From positions 64,001 through 128,000 of the forward strand of contig CAWEXO010000011.1 in assembly GCA_963813025.1 (NCBI GenBank): 64,000 bases of DNA, in the 5' to 3' direction. This DNA comes from an uncultured Verrucomicrobiae bacterium. GTDB taxonomy: Bacteria > Verrucomicrobiota > Verrucomicrobiia > Chthoniobacterales > JAFAMB01. The notes under the pieces are model-generated. The model did not search any database, was not told where the DNA came from, and was given only the letters and a program-made list of their open reading frames with translations. A program made the position numbers and the translations under genes. Positions 1 through 10,632 of the stretch are shown piece after piece (the stretch's first letter is position 1; every line of letters begins with the position of its first letter).

Positions 1-45
1 ACTGACCGCGCAGGCCGGTGCTGGCGGGTGAAGAAGATTTTTCAT

Positions 46-930
46 TCATAAATCTTTGCCAAAGAGTGCATCTAACTTTTCCTCGAATTGATAATAGTTG
101 AGTATCTCATAGAGCTGTTCTCGCGTCTGCATCTCCGGCAACAGGCTCGCCTGGGTTCCCGTCTGCCGGATCGCCGTATAGACGCGCTCGGCCGCGTGGC
201 CCATGGCGCGAAAAGCGCTGAGTGGGTAGAGCACCAGCCCGACCCCGGTGCTCCGCAGGTCCGCCAGAGAGAACAGGGGCGTTTTGCCGAACTCCGTCAG
301 GTTCGCCAGCACCGGCACATGGACCGCGCCAACAAACTTGCGTAGTTCGTCGAGTGACGTAAGCGCTTCCGCGAAAATCAGGTCGGCCCCGGCGGCGGCG
401 TACGCTTGAGCACGAGTGATCGCGGCGTGGAGGCCTTCTGTCGCGACTGCATCCGTTCGCGCCATGACGAGAAAGTCATGGTCCTGGCGGGCGTCAACGG
501 CGGCTTTGACTCGATCGACCATTTCCTCCGTAGTAACCAGCTCTTTGTTCGGCCGATGCCCGCAGCGTTTGGCGGCGACTTGATCTTCCAGGTGGCAGCC
601 GGCTGCGCCGGCTCTCCCGAGTTCGCGAATGCATCGGGCGATATTAAAGGCATTCCCCCAGCCCGTATCGGCATCCACGAGCAAGGGAAGTTCGGTTGCT
701 CCGGTGATTCGGCGGACATCTTCACAGACGTCGTTCAGCGTTGTTATCCCGAGATCCGGCAGGCCGAAGGAAGCATTGGCGACGCCCGCTCCGGAAACGT
801 AAAGAGCGCGAAACCCAGCGCGCTCGGCCAGCTTCGCGCTAAAGGCATTGATGACCCCGACAATCTGGAGGGGTTGTTCGGCCCTGATTGCCTCACGCAG
901 CCGGCTGGCAGGGGTGGCCAATTGGCTCAT
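46..930 (-). CDS. prpB: 2-methylisocitrate lyase
   Basis: 294-aa ORF with ICL/PEPM motifs DADTGWG, HLEDQ and KRCGH. Confidence 0.93.
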   Translation of the reverse strand: MSQLATPASRLREAIRAEQPLQIVGVINAFSAKLAERAGFRALYVSGAGVANASFGLPDLGITTLNDVCEDVRRITGATELPLLVDADTGWGNAFNIARCIRELGRAGAAGCHLEDQVAAKRCGHRPNKELVTTEEMVDRVKAAVDARQDHDFLVMARTDAVATEGLHAAITRAQAYAAAGADLIFAEALTSLDELRKFVGAVHVPVLANLTEFGKTPLFSLADLRSTGVGLVLYPLSAFRAMGHAAERVYTAIRQTGTQASLLPEMQTREQLYEILNYYQFEEKLDALFGKDL

Positions 931-1180
931 TGCGAAATACTAGCATCGAAAAGCATCCCGGGGTTATTGAATTTCACAGCGCGGAATAGCCGCGCTGTGA
1001 ACTGCTGGCAATTGTTTGGTGAGTGATTGTAAAAAAAATGCCACAATCCGAGTTTTTTGGGCTTAAAGCGTGCCTGCACCCGCGGAGGAATCCGATTCGG
1101 CTCGCTTTTCGAGAGAATCTTCGTTGGAATTTTCTCGGAAGAAAATCACTCGTTGGTAAATGAGAGCCAGGACGGGTCCA

Positions 1181-1777
1181 GCCTGGCAATACCGGCAGCC
1201 CAGTCAGTTTTATTGGTTTAATATGAATTCAGGTATGAAACATAAAATGCATCTAAATACCACGGCAGCCTCGGCCCTCGTTGTCCTGGCCTTGGCAGTA
1301 TGCCAGACGGCGCTTGCTGCGGACAAAGGGGGAGCACAACCTCAGCAGTCCATTTTGCTCGCGCAGAACGCCCCGGCCGCGAAAATGAGGGCGGGTAAAG
1401 TCCGGCCAAACGTCGATAAGCATGGCGTGATCCTGAAGGGTTACGATCCGGTTGCTTATTTCAAAGTAGGCAAGGCGGTTAAAGGGAGTCCGGCTCACAA
1501 GAGTTCCTTTGGAGGAGTCACGTACTTTTTTTCATCCGCTGCCAATAAAGCAGAGTTCGATAAGGACCCGACCAGATACCAGCCCCAATTCGGCGCCTGG
1601 TGTGCTCATTCGATGGCACACGGCAAAATGGCCGATATCGACCCGAACGCGTTCGCGATTTACCAGAACAAACTTTACGTTTGCTCGACACCCGCAGCCG
1701 CGGCTGATTTCAAGGCAAATGCCCCCAAGCTAGTACCTCAGGCGGACGACCATTGGCGGCAATGGGTCTCGGGGTAA
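1181..1777 (+). CDS. Secreted YHS-domain protein (start uncertain)
   Basis: Signal-like hydrophobic segment, then GYDPVAYF, YFFSSAANKAEF and YQPQFGAWCA. Confidence 0.8.
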   Translation, partial: AWQYRQPSQFYWFNMNSGMKHKMHLNTTAASALVVLALAVCQTALAADKGGAQPQQSILLAQNAPAAKMRAGKVRPNVDKHGVILKGYDPVAYFKVGKAVKGSPAHKSSFGGVTYFFSSAANKAEFDKDPTRYQPQFGAWCAHSMAHGKMADIDPNAFAIYQNKLYVCSTPAAAADFKANAPKLVPQADDHWRQWVSG

Positions 1778-1860
1778 TCCCGAGTAGCATAAGTTTCCAG
1801 CTTGTGCGAGTCCCGAGTCACTAGTCCCGGGTCCCGAGTAACGAGTGAAACTCTATCAAG

Positions 1861-2353
1861 GTGAGCCGCTTTAACCCCGATTCTCACATGGGGCCGCTCG
1901 TATCGGAAGAACAACTGAACCGGGTACTCGGCTTCCTCGAAGCCGGGAAGGCCAATGGGGTCAAAACGGTGTTAGGCGGCAACCGAATCGGCGATCGAGG
2001 TTACTTCGTCGAACCGACGATTCTCACCGGAACGCGTCCGGGGATGAAAGTCGTCGATGAAGAGATCTTTGGGCCGGTCGTTTGTGCGACGCCCTTTGAC
2101 GAATTGGACCAGGTAGCAACGCAAATGAACCAGACAACTCACGGTCTGGCCGGCGCCATCTGGACAAAACGTTAGCAAGGCACACCGCATGGCTCGCGCC
2201 ATGAAGGCTGGTACCGTCTGGATTAATTGTTATAACGTCTTCGATGCCGCATTACCCTTTGGCGGTTACAAACAGTCCGGTTGGGGAAGAGAAATGGGCA
2301 GAGAAGCGCTCGAACTCTACACCGAAGTTAAATCTGTCTGCCTGAAGGTTTAG
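1861..2353 (+). pseudogene. Aldehyde dehydrogenase, C-terminal fragment, frameshifted near 2170
   Basis: EEIFGPV in the first frame, then [10 protein letters not shown] and [15 protein letters not shown] in another frame; N-terminal two thirds absent. Confidence 0.85.
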
Positions 2354-3017
2354 GGTTAACCGCTCTCTTACCGGTTGCAAACTGCCCATTCGACAGGGGC
2401 CATCACAGCTTCGCCTATAGCTTCGGCGAAGCTGTGTTGCGCGTGAAACCAAGCTGGGGACGAGACAACGTAAGAAATTAACAGTAGATCGCGACGTCAC
2501 AGCCCGGCGTAGTCGTAACCGCATTGCTTCTGCCGCCCCGGAGGGGCTGGGGAAAAATAGGCCAACGGGACCCCGGCAAACCAGGTAAGACCGAGCGCCG
2601 ACGTAAGTCGGATTCCCCCGCTTTTGTGACCCGAAAGCGGCAGCTAAATCCACCGTACGCGCCGTCCCGCCGAAATCGACTGAGCTGAAGTCCACGGCGA
2701 TCCCGCCCGTCGAGCTGATAATCGTGAACTGCATTCCGGTCAGCACACTCGCGTAAGCTAGGCTGGCTGACGCCCAGAAGGACTCTAACGCTTGTCAGAA
2801 TACGTCAGTGCCCCTCCACACACACAACCCATGAAAAAGCGTCATAGAGTGATTGGCGGAGCAGTCCGGCGCGACTGCCCCAGGAGACGATGAGACCGTC
2901 GGTGCTATGCAGGCTGCATTTAAAGCTTCCAATTCGTTACTGCAATTGATAGGATTCTTAACGGTTTTTTCTGCACGCATTCCGTGTAACGCAAAGGACG
3001 TACTAACCCTAAGGATC

Positions 3018-6000
3018 ATGATGAACACGCAAGTTCCCCTTCTGCGCATGTCCTCTACCGTTCTGGCCATGACCGTCTTAGCCACGGCCTTCTCGACGAC
3101 GAAAGCGCTCCCCCCGCTAATCGCGCCTCCCAATCTCGGACCTCACATCGATCAATCCTTCAGCTCGACGGATACTTCGACCGTTACCGCGAATTCCAAC
3201 GGAATAATCACGCTGGAGGGTGGAACGGTCACGCTTGATGCCATTAGCGGAGGCCAGATTGCTGCTTTGCTGGCAACGGGCGCTAACGCGCAGATCACCG
3301 CGACCGGCGTCACCATCGTAAACGATAATCTCCAGGGCACTTCCTTTACTTTTGGCGTCAATGCTACCAGCACACCTACCGGTGCCGCGGCCGTCAATTT
3401 GTTCGGGGGAAGTATCGACGCGACGGCGATCGGCAATGGCAGGGCCGTCGGTATCAATGCGGGCGTCGGTGGGACTGTTCGTGCCTCCAACCTCACGCTC
3501 GATTCAACCGGACCAAATGCCCACGCTATTGTATCGGCCGGTGGCACAATTGCTCTGGTAGACGGCGCGATTACCACGAACGGCTCGTTTGCGCTAGGCC
3601 TCCAGGCTAACGGCAACGCAGGACCCGCCACGATCACTGTCGACGGCACTACCATTAGAACACTCGGACCGACGAGCTCTGGCGCTCGGGCGGAAGGTAC
3701 GAATGCTGCAACGATTAGCCTGACAAATGCTACAATCGATACAGAGGGCGATAACGCGACCGGGCTGATTGCAATCGGTACTGGCAAAACGATCACGACT
3801 ACCAATACGAACATCGAAACTGTTGGTTCCTCAGCTTCTGGAGCTGCCGATTTTAATGGAGCCCACATCAATGAGACAGGCGGAACGATGACGACCTCTG
3901 GCAGCAATTCTATCGGTATCTCGTCCAACGGTCTGGGGAGCACCCTAACGGCCGTAGGCTTAACGGTGACAACGACTGGGACGGATAGCAGCGGCGCCTT
4001 AGCGCACGAAGGTGCACTGCTTACCCTGCAAAATAGCATAGTAACGACCACTGGAGACAACGCTGTAGGACTGAAGGTGATTCCTGCCCCAACGCAAGGC
4101 TCGACGTTGATGGCGACGAACAGCACGGTAAGCACTAATGGATTAAACGGGGAAGGAATCCTGGTAAGCGGCCGCGTGCCGCTGACCGTCACGGACGTAG
4201 TCAGTCTGAACAGCACCAACGTGACCACGCAGCAGGGGGATGGAATTGATTGGGACGGCCAGTCCAATACGAATGTCAGCCTGACAAACGGGACTACGGT
4301 GGTTCCCGGGAACGGAGTGTTATTGCGTGCGCTTGCCGGGACCGGAGGCGGCACGCCGCGAGTCTTGAATCTGACAGCGGATGGGACCGTGGCCCTGGAG
4401 GGGGATGTGTTGGTGGGGCCCGACAGCGTGGTGAACGTGAACCTCCTTAGTAATTCGGTGTTAACCGGGGCGATGCAGAACGCAAATAATGTCGCAATCG
4501 AGACGGGTAGCCGATGGGATATAACGGGCAGCTCAACAATCGGATCGTTGACCTTCAACGGCGGGACACTGCAATTCAACAACGCCGTCAACCTGGGAAT
4601 TACGCGCCTCATCACGCTGAATGCCTCAGGCGGAACAATCAACACGAATGGGAATGACGCGACACTCTCACAGGCAATCGTGGGGGTCGGCGGGCTGACC
4701 AAAACTGGCGCCGGCACGCTGACGCTCTCCGGAACGAATACCTATAGCGGCGGCACGAGCTTCAATGGCGGAATTCTTGCAGTAAACAGCGACTCCAATC
4801 TGGGAACCGGGCCGCTCAGTTTTAACGGCGGGACGCTCGAAGCACTCGGAGATATTACTTCAACCAAAGCGGTCATGCTCAATGCCGGGGACGGCACGTT
4901 TTTGGCCGATGCCGGCACGACCTCGAGGCTCAGCGGAGCGATCAGCGGTGTCGGCGGGTTCACCAAGGATGGCGCCGGCGAATTGATTCTGACCGGTGTG
5001 AACAGCTATAGCGGCAGTACGGTCGTGAAGGGCGGCACGCTGAACATCCAAGATGGCGGTAAGGACTCCGATAGCACCGGCGTCGTTGGCACCCTTGGCA
5101 CCGCTACGGAGGCCACTGGGACGGTGAACGTCATCGGTCCAGATTCGACCTGGACCAACTCTGGCCGCCTCCTTGTTGGTGCTGGTAATGGTTTCCATGG
5201 TTTCCTGAACATTCAGAACGGCGGCACGGTGTCAGATAATGCCGGATCTGTCGGCGCTACTCCCGGCTCAACTGGAACAGTGACGGTGGATGGCGCGGGC
5301 TCGATGTGGACAAGCGCTGGCGGGCTGTTTGTCGGCGATTTCGGCACCGGCACCTTGAACATTCACAATGGCGGCCACGTCACGAATTCCCGCGGGGAGA
5401 TCGGCGTTTTCGCCGGCTCGGCTGGTACAGTGGCGGTGGACGGGACGGACTCGACCTGGACAAACACCGGCAATCTCTATATTGGCGGCATCGTAGCCGG
5501 GCCGCGTGGAACCGGTCTTCTGGAGATCACCAACGGTGGTACGGTGAGCGCCGCAGCAACCACGATCTGGAACACCGGGACACTGGCAGTCGGCGCCAGT
5601 TTTAGGTTGATCACCTCGCTAACCGTCAACGGCGGCACAATCCGCACCCTGGCCGATACCACTTTTCCGAACAACGCGACGCTCGTTGGGGGTGGCGTTA
5701 TTCTCGATTCGAACGGTTTTGATTCGGCGTTTTCGGGCGCGTTTACAGGCTCTGGCGGTCTCACCAAGATAAGCCCCGGCCTGGTGATCTTGACCGGGGA
5801 CAACACCTTCTCCGGCGGCACCACAATCCTCGGCGGAACGCTAGAGCTTGGTAACGACGGAACGACCGGAAGCATCAGCGGGAATGTCACCAATAACGGA
5901 ACCCTGGAGTTTGACCGGCGAGATCCTGTGACCTTTAGCGGCGTGATCAGCGGCAGCGGTGATTTGGTGAAGATAGGCGCCGGCACATTGACTCTGACTG

Positions 6001-7637
6001 CCAACAACACCTATAGCGGCGGGACTACCATCCAAGACGGTACTCTGGTTGCAGGGACACCAAACGCCGCTCAAGAAGTATCCTTCGCGCTAGGTGCAGG
6101 AGACGTCTTTTTGCAGGGAGGAACCCTGCGCACGTCAAGTTTGGAGACCGGCAAGCCACTGACAATCAATGTCGGCGGCAATTATACACAAGGTCCCGGC
6201 GGGACGCTGGCGCTCGGAGTCGCTGGCATCAATGGGGAGGATTATGATCACGTGCAGGTTGGAGGTAATGCGAGTTTGAACGGGACGCTGGCCGTGAGTT
6301 CTCTAAATAATTTCCGTCCTTCCACCGGAAACGGCTTTGAAGTACTTCATACCAACGGCGTGCGGAGCGGCCAGTTCTCCCAGGTCAACGATTCTTTGAA
6401 TAACAATTCCAACCTCCAACGGATCGATGTCTACGCGCCAAATGGAGTAGCTTTGGTCTACGTGGCAGCCGCGCCGACACCACCGACGCCTAGTCCAACT
6501 CCAAGGCCACCCATTATAGATGTCATCCCCGAGCCGCTTCCGCCCGTAAATCCCGAGGAACCGTTGCCGATTCCGCCTTTGCTTGCGATTCTGGACCCGA
6601 CTGCCGAACAGTTAACGTCTCTCTTTGAAATCAGCTTTTCGGGAGCCAATTCCCAAAGATTCAATCTGGAAGACCGTCTCGCGGAGATCCAAAGAGGTTC
6701 GACGGGATTTGAGTCCACGATTCCACCAGCGGCTTCGCCTTCCGGTAAGGAGACCATTTTTCAAAAAGATGGGAAGGGCGTCGTCTCTCAACCACCGGTC
6801 TTTCAGCCCACACCGGAAAACCGCTGGGGCGTGTGGGTCAACGGCTGGGGTGATTTCGTCTCAGTCGATAGCGATAACCGCGCAAAGGGCTATGACTTCA
6901 CCACGGGAGGGGCGACCGTCGGCATTGATTACAGGTTCACCGACCACCTGGCGATCGGGCTTTTTGGTAGCTACGCTCATACCTGGACCCATCTTCAACC
7001 CGCTGGAGACATTGACGTCAACACCGGACGCGGCGGTCTGTATGCTACCTACTTCGATCGCGGGTTTTATGTCAATGGCTCGGCGTCTGGCGGCTACAAC
7101 AGCTATGACACCAGCCGGCAAGGTTTGCTGGCGCTGGCCACCGGGAGCACCGAAGGCTACGAATTCAGCACCTTCCTTGAAAGTGGCTACGACTTTCATT
7201 TCGGAAATTTAGCGGTTGGCCCGCTCGCCTCGGTGCAATACACCAACGTGCATGTTAACGGTTTCAGCGAACAGGGTTCGTTATTGCCTTTGCGAATCCA
7301 TTCTGATTCGGAAGAGTCCTGGCGAACAGACCTTGGCCTGCAGGCTTCTTACACCTGGCATTGTGGAAGCATGTTGGTGGTCCCATCCGTACGAGCTGCC
7401 TGGGAACACGAATTCAAATACTCGGCTCTGCCGATAACCGTCAGTTCCGCGGCTTTTCCGGGAGCCACGGCAACGTTTTTCGGCCCGAGCCAAGGTCATG
7501 ATAGCGCTATTATCAATGCAGGTCTCGGGGTTCAATGGACACCGAGAATCTCAACCTATGTCGGCTATCAGGGACAACTAGGCCGGAGCAATTACGAGGC
7601 GAACGGTGTTACGGGTAATATTAGTTTTAGCTTCTAA
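3018..7637 (+). CDS. Autotransporter (type Va) with beta-helical passenger, PATR repeats, Pro-rich linker and beta-barrel
   Basis: Repeated GGLTKxGxGxLxLxGxNTYSGGT motifs; GTVTVDGxxSxWT repeats; PTPPTPSPTPRPP linker; ends ISFSF. ORF is open from 2853; ATG 3018 precedes a signal-like stretch. Confidence 0.92.
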   Translation: MMNTQVPLLRMSSTVLAMTVLATAFSTTKALPPLIAPPNLGPHIDQSFSSTDTSTVTANSNGIITLEGGTVTLDAISGGQIAALLATGANAQITATGVTIVNDNLQGTSFTFGVNATSTPTGAAAVNLFGGSIDATAIGNGRAVGINAGVGGTVRASNLTLDSTGPNAHAIVSAGGTIALVDGAITTNGSFALGLQANGNAGPATITVDGTTIRTLGPTSSGARAEGTNAATISLTNATIDTEGDNATGLIAIGTGKTITTTNTNIETVGSSASGAADFNGAHINETGGTMTTSGSNSIGISSNGLGSTLTAVGLTVTTTGTDSSGALAHEGALLTLQNSIVTTTGDNAVGLKVIPAPTQGSTLMATNSTVSTNGLNGEGILVSGRVPLTVTDVVSLNSTNVTTQQGDGIDWDGQSNTNVSLTNGTTVVPGNGVLLRALAGTGGGTPRVLNLTADGTVALEGDVLVGPDSVVNVNLLSNSVLTGAMQNANNVAIETGSRWDITGSSTIGSLTFNGGTLQFNNAVNLGITRLITLNASGGTINTNGNDATLSQAIVGVGGLTKTGAGTLTLSGTNTYSGGTSFNGGILAVNSDSNLGTGPLSFNGGTLEALGDITSTKAVMLNAGDGTFLADAGTTSRLSGAISGVGGFTKDGAGELILTGVNSYSGSTVVKGGTLNIQDGGKDSDSTGVVGTLGTATEATGTVNVIGPDSTWTNSGRLLVGAGNGFHGFLNIQNGGTVSDNAGSVGATPGSTGTVTVDGAGSMWTSAGGLFVGDFGTGTLNIHNGGHVTNSRGEIGVFAGSAGTVAVDGTDSTWTNTGNLYIGGIVAGPRGTGLLEITNGGTVSAAATTIWNTGTLAVGASFRLITSLTVNGGTIRTLADTTFPNNATLVGGGVILDSNGFDSAFSGAFTGSGGLTKISPGLVILTGDNTFSGGTTILGGTLELGNDGTTGSISGNVTNNGTLEFDRRDPVTFSGVISGSGDLVKIGAGTLTLTANNTYSGGTTIQDGTLVAGTPNAAQEVSFALGAGDVFLQGGTLRTSSLETGKPLTINVGGNYTQGPGGTLALGVAGINGEDYDHVQVGGNASLNGTLAVSSLNNFRPSTGNGFEVLHTNGVRSGQFSQVNDSLNNNSNLQRIDVYAPNGVALVYVAAAPTPPTPSPTPRPPIIDVIPEPLPPVNPEEPLPIPPLLAILDPTAEQLTSLFEISFSGANSQRFNLEDRLAEIQRGSTGFESTIPPAASPSGKETIFQKDGKGVVSQPPVFQPTPENRWGVWVNGWGDFVSVDSDNRAKGYDFTTGGATVGIDYRFTDHLAIGLFGSYAHTWTHLQPAGDIDVNTGRGGLYATYFDRGFYVNGSASGGYNSYDTSRQGLLALATGSTEGYEFSTFLESGYDFHFGNLAVGPLASVQYTNVHVNGFSEQGSLLPLRIHSDSEESWRTDLGLQASYTWHCGSMLVVPSVRAAWEHEFKYSALPITVSSAAFPGATATFFGPSQGHDSAIINAGLGVQWTPRISTYVGYQGQLGRSNYEANGVTGNISFSF

Positions 7638-7790
7638 CGGCGAAGAACTCTCGCAAGCGCCCAAGGATTGGGAAGAATCGTGTTTGGGGAAACTTCGTGT
7701 CACAAACAGGAATTGTCCGATGCCTCGCACCGAGGTCACAGCGCGGCCGCGCCGCAACCACATCGTCCGCGCAGACTCCACTTACAGGTT

Positions 7791-8147
7791 TCCAGGGCTT
7801 GTCGGACTTTGGAAATCTGCGGCAGCCACCCAAGCGATTGGTCGCCCGAGCGGTTAGAGATCGTCTCAGAATGCCGCACTGTCTTGTGGCTGTAGGGCGA
7901 AAATTTAGAGAATGTCTCGCAACATCCCGAAATCGGTAGGGCGAGAATTCATCTGAGCCTTCGGCGAAGACTCGTTCGAGCCGGGCGCTGCGGCAGGTCA
8001 CACTGAAGACGGCTCAAACAAGTTCTCGCTAAGGCTCGAATAAATTTTCGCCCTACCGGCGCAGGACCAAAGACGCTTTGGGACATGTCTCGAACCTTAG
8101 CTCGATTGCGCGAGCTACAGATTGGCCAAAGTCCGACAGACCCTGGA
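7791..8147. repeat. Composite palindromic repeat (REPIN/MITE-like) with outer inverted arms
   Basis: TCCAGGGCTTGTCGGACTTTGG (7791-7812) and CCAAAGTCCGACAGACCCTGGA (8126-8147); related arms at 18599-18618 and 20613-20632. Confidence 0.75.
7934..8058. repeat. GTAG-type REP doublet; empty IS110 target
   Basis: CGGTAGGGCGAGAATT...GAGCCG and CGGCTC...AATTTTCGCCCTACCG long imperfect inverted repeat; relatives at 16362, 18686 and in both IS flanks. Confidence 0.85.
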
Positions 8148-9275
8148 AGACGTTCTATTGGTCTTCAAGGGAGATTTTGCGCAAATTGGTTGCAATTAAT
8201 TGGTTGGAATTGAAGGACCCAAGAACCGTGTTTGATTTGGTTGCGTTGGTGGAACTCGGGATCATCGGGGGTGCGCTCTAGCCACATTTTGTAGATGATG
8301 TTGAGCCAACGCTGTCCCAGAGAGCGGATGGCGGTGGCATGGGAGTGGTCTTTGGCGCGGTGGGCTTGGTAGTAGGTCCGGGGCCCAGGGACAGCGCCTC
8401 AGACTATGTTGGCTAAACAGATGGATGGCGTGGCGCAGGAACTTGTCACAAGCCCAGCGCTGATGGCATTGGCGATGTTTGCCAGAGATTTTGGTGACCG
8501 GCGCCGTGCCGGCCAAGCACTGGAGACTTTGCGCTCCGCCCTCGAAGCGTTGGCGATCATCGCCGATCTGGGCTAACAAGCGGGGAGCCAGCTTGGGGCC
8601 CGCGCCCGGTAAAGAGCCAAAAAGCTCGTGATCGGGATGGGAGCGAAAAGTTCTTCGATCCGTTGGCGGTATTCGGCCAGCCGATCTTCTAAGGCAAAAA
8701 GCATTTTGAGCAAGCTCAGCGCCAGCAGGCTTTTAGCCTTGGTCGCCGGCTTGCTGCCACAGAACTGGGGTGGCATGGGCAAAGAGTTCCATCCGGCGGG
8801 GGCCGCTTTCGGTACGCCAGCGCCGATGGCTGTGCAGGAATTTTTGCCACTGCCGCGGGCCGGCCTGGGCCAGCAGTTGGGGCGTGGGGAAACGCTGCAA
8901 AAACATCCAGGCTGCAAGGGCACTCCAATCCTCAAAGGCTTCCAGAGCGCTCGGATAGTACTCGGCCAAGGCATGCCGGAGTTGATTGACAAAGGCGGTG
9001 CGCTGTTCAATCAAACTGACCTCATCGCGACACAATAAGCGCAGCTCTTTAATCAGGGGATCCTCCGGCCAAAGCGCCTTCCAGTGCTGACCCTCCATCC
9101 GCAGGGCGTCGGCAAAACTCCAGGCATCGAGCCGGTCGTCTTTAACCCCGCTGGGCGCCTTGCGTTGGCGGTAAGCTTGTGCGCTTTTAGGGTTGAGCGG
9201 ATAAACCTTCATCCCGGCTTCCAATAACTGCTCGACGGCCGCGCCTTGGCTGGTCTCGATCGCAAAAGGGATCGA
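8146..9275 (-). pseudogene. IS110-family transposase remnant, distinct from the intact pair; 5'-truncated and frameshifted
   Basis: AIETSQG, VYPLNP, KDDRLDA and LPGAGPKLAPRLL pieces in different frames; first catalytic Asp (GIDW) and upstream non-coding end not seen. Confidence 0.85.
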
Positions 9276-9499
9276 ACCGGGTGCATCGCCTCCCGGGATA
9301 CGGACGAGGCCGTCCGCGCTACGCCGGTGCGCTCGCGTGAACCCTTTTCAGCAGCCGGATATGTTCGAGAACGAGGACGATTTGGTTGCGGCTACGCCGC
9401 GCTGTACTACTGTCCGTAAAAATGTTGTTTTCCTGCGAGGATTTGCGAGGAGCTGAACAGTTTGAAGGTTGACCGGCAAGATGCCGGTGTCAGGGTGGA

Positions 9500-9830
9500 A
9501 AAGTGGCACAGGCGGTAACAAAGGCCGCCAGGCCGCCGGTTGAGGTATCAAAAAAGTTAACATGGCCGGCCGAGTTCGTGGTGACGTTCGCATGGTCCGC
9601 CGAACTGCCGTTGCGAAAATCCGTGACCGCCCCGCTCTCGATTAAGATGGTAGCCGTCCCACCAAGCGCCTCATCATGAAAGGTGGTCACACCACCTGAC
9701 ATGGTCGTGATCGTGGAGTTCCCAGCTGTTGAGCCGGTGAAAAAGTCCGTGCTCCCGGCATTCATGATTATGGCGTTTCCCGCAGTCGGGGAAGTGCCAC
9801 TCGGCACGCTGCCGCCAGGAGGATTGCCGC
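9500..9830 (-). pseudogene. Autotransporter passenger fragment
   Basis: STAGNSTIT / SSADHANVTT / STGGLAAFVT beta-helix-like repeats without signal peptide or barrel. Confidence 0.6.
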
Positions 9831-10329
9831 GTCGGGGGAATTTGCCGCGAGCGTACCGACTATGCTGAGAGACTGCAATTCCAGAAATTACGGATTTTAC
9901 GGTGCAAAGCGGAACCCTCCGTTGCTGCAGGGGTTGCACAGGTAGATCGTCCTGACATCGCGTTCCTGGTGCTGCGCAATTTGAATGTTCGCCCGGGCTG
10001 ACGGAAAAGCGGAATTCGCGCAATGAGTAGTCACTCCCCGACCAAAGCTTGGCTTTATGATCGGCTTGTGGCTGTTCGGTAAGCGATGAACCGAAAGAAG
10101 AGAACGACGAAGTCACCCCGTGAAAAGCAGCCGAGGAACTAACTTTCGAGCGAGAGTGTGTGTCGCGAATCTTTCGCATATCCGCCCAGAACGCCGGGCA
10201 CAGACGGGGACCGGGCGTGTGGGACTATGGTTCATGGGCGCGCCGATGATCGCCGTCCTGGCGGGATGATGGTGTAGCGTGCTTAGGTAGGCCGTATAGC
10301 TCCTAAAGAGACTGGCAGAGCGCGAGTAT

Positions 10330-10516
10330 GGACCGGCAGGAGCCGGTCCCTACCGGTGCGCAGCTATCATGGTGTGGTAGGGATGAGCTCCTGCTCGTCC
10401 CAGTGACAATTGTCCGGAAGGACAATCCCCGTCCCCGCAGGGACAATGGATTAATAGCCGGCAATTTATTGCTGGCAGTAGGACGAGCAGGAGCTCGTCC
10501 AGAGCTCGTCCCTACC
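10330..10516. repeat. Cluster of a second GTAG-type REP (GGTAGGGAYGAGCTCCTGCTCGTCC)
   Basis: Copies at 10330-10354 (reverse), 10376-10400 (forward) and 10481-10516 (reverse, partly duplicated). Confidence 0.8.
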
Positions 10517-10632
10517 CACTATGATAGCTCCCGGATCCTCGCACGCTAAAGTCCGCGACGCTTCGGGGGGGTCAGTCCGTGTTATTGGACAGGGTTGTTG
10601 GCAAGATTTACGGGGTAACTGAGCGGTGCCTT

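Noticed and set aside
3152..6010. Long antisense ORFs (3152-4717, 5477-6010) and similar ones opposite comM, the sigma factor and dcw genes
   Set aside because: Shadow frames of well-supported genes in GC-rich DNA with no recognisable motifs.
10330..10516. CRISPR array
   Set aside because: Copies are inverted and irregularly spaced, and there are no cas genes; fits REP elements.
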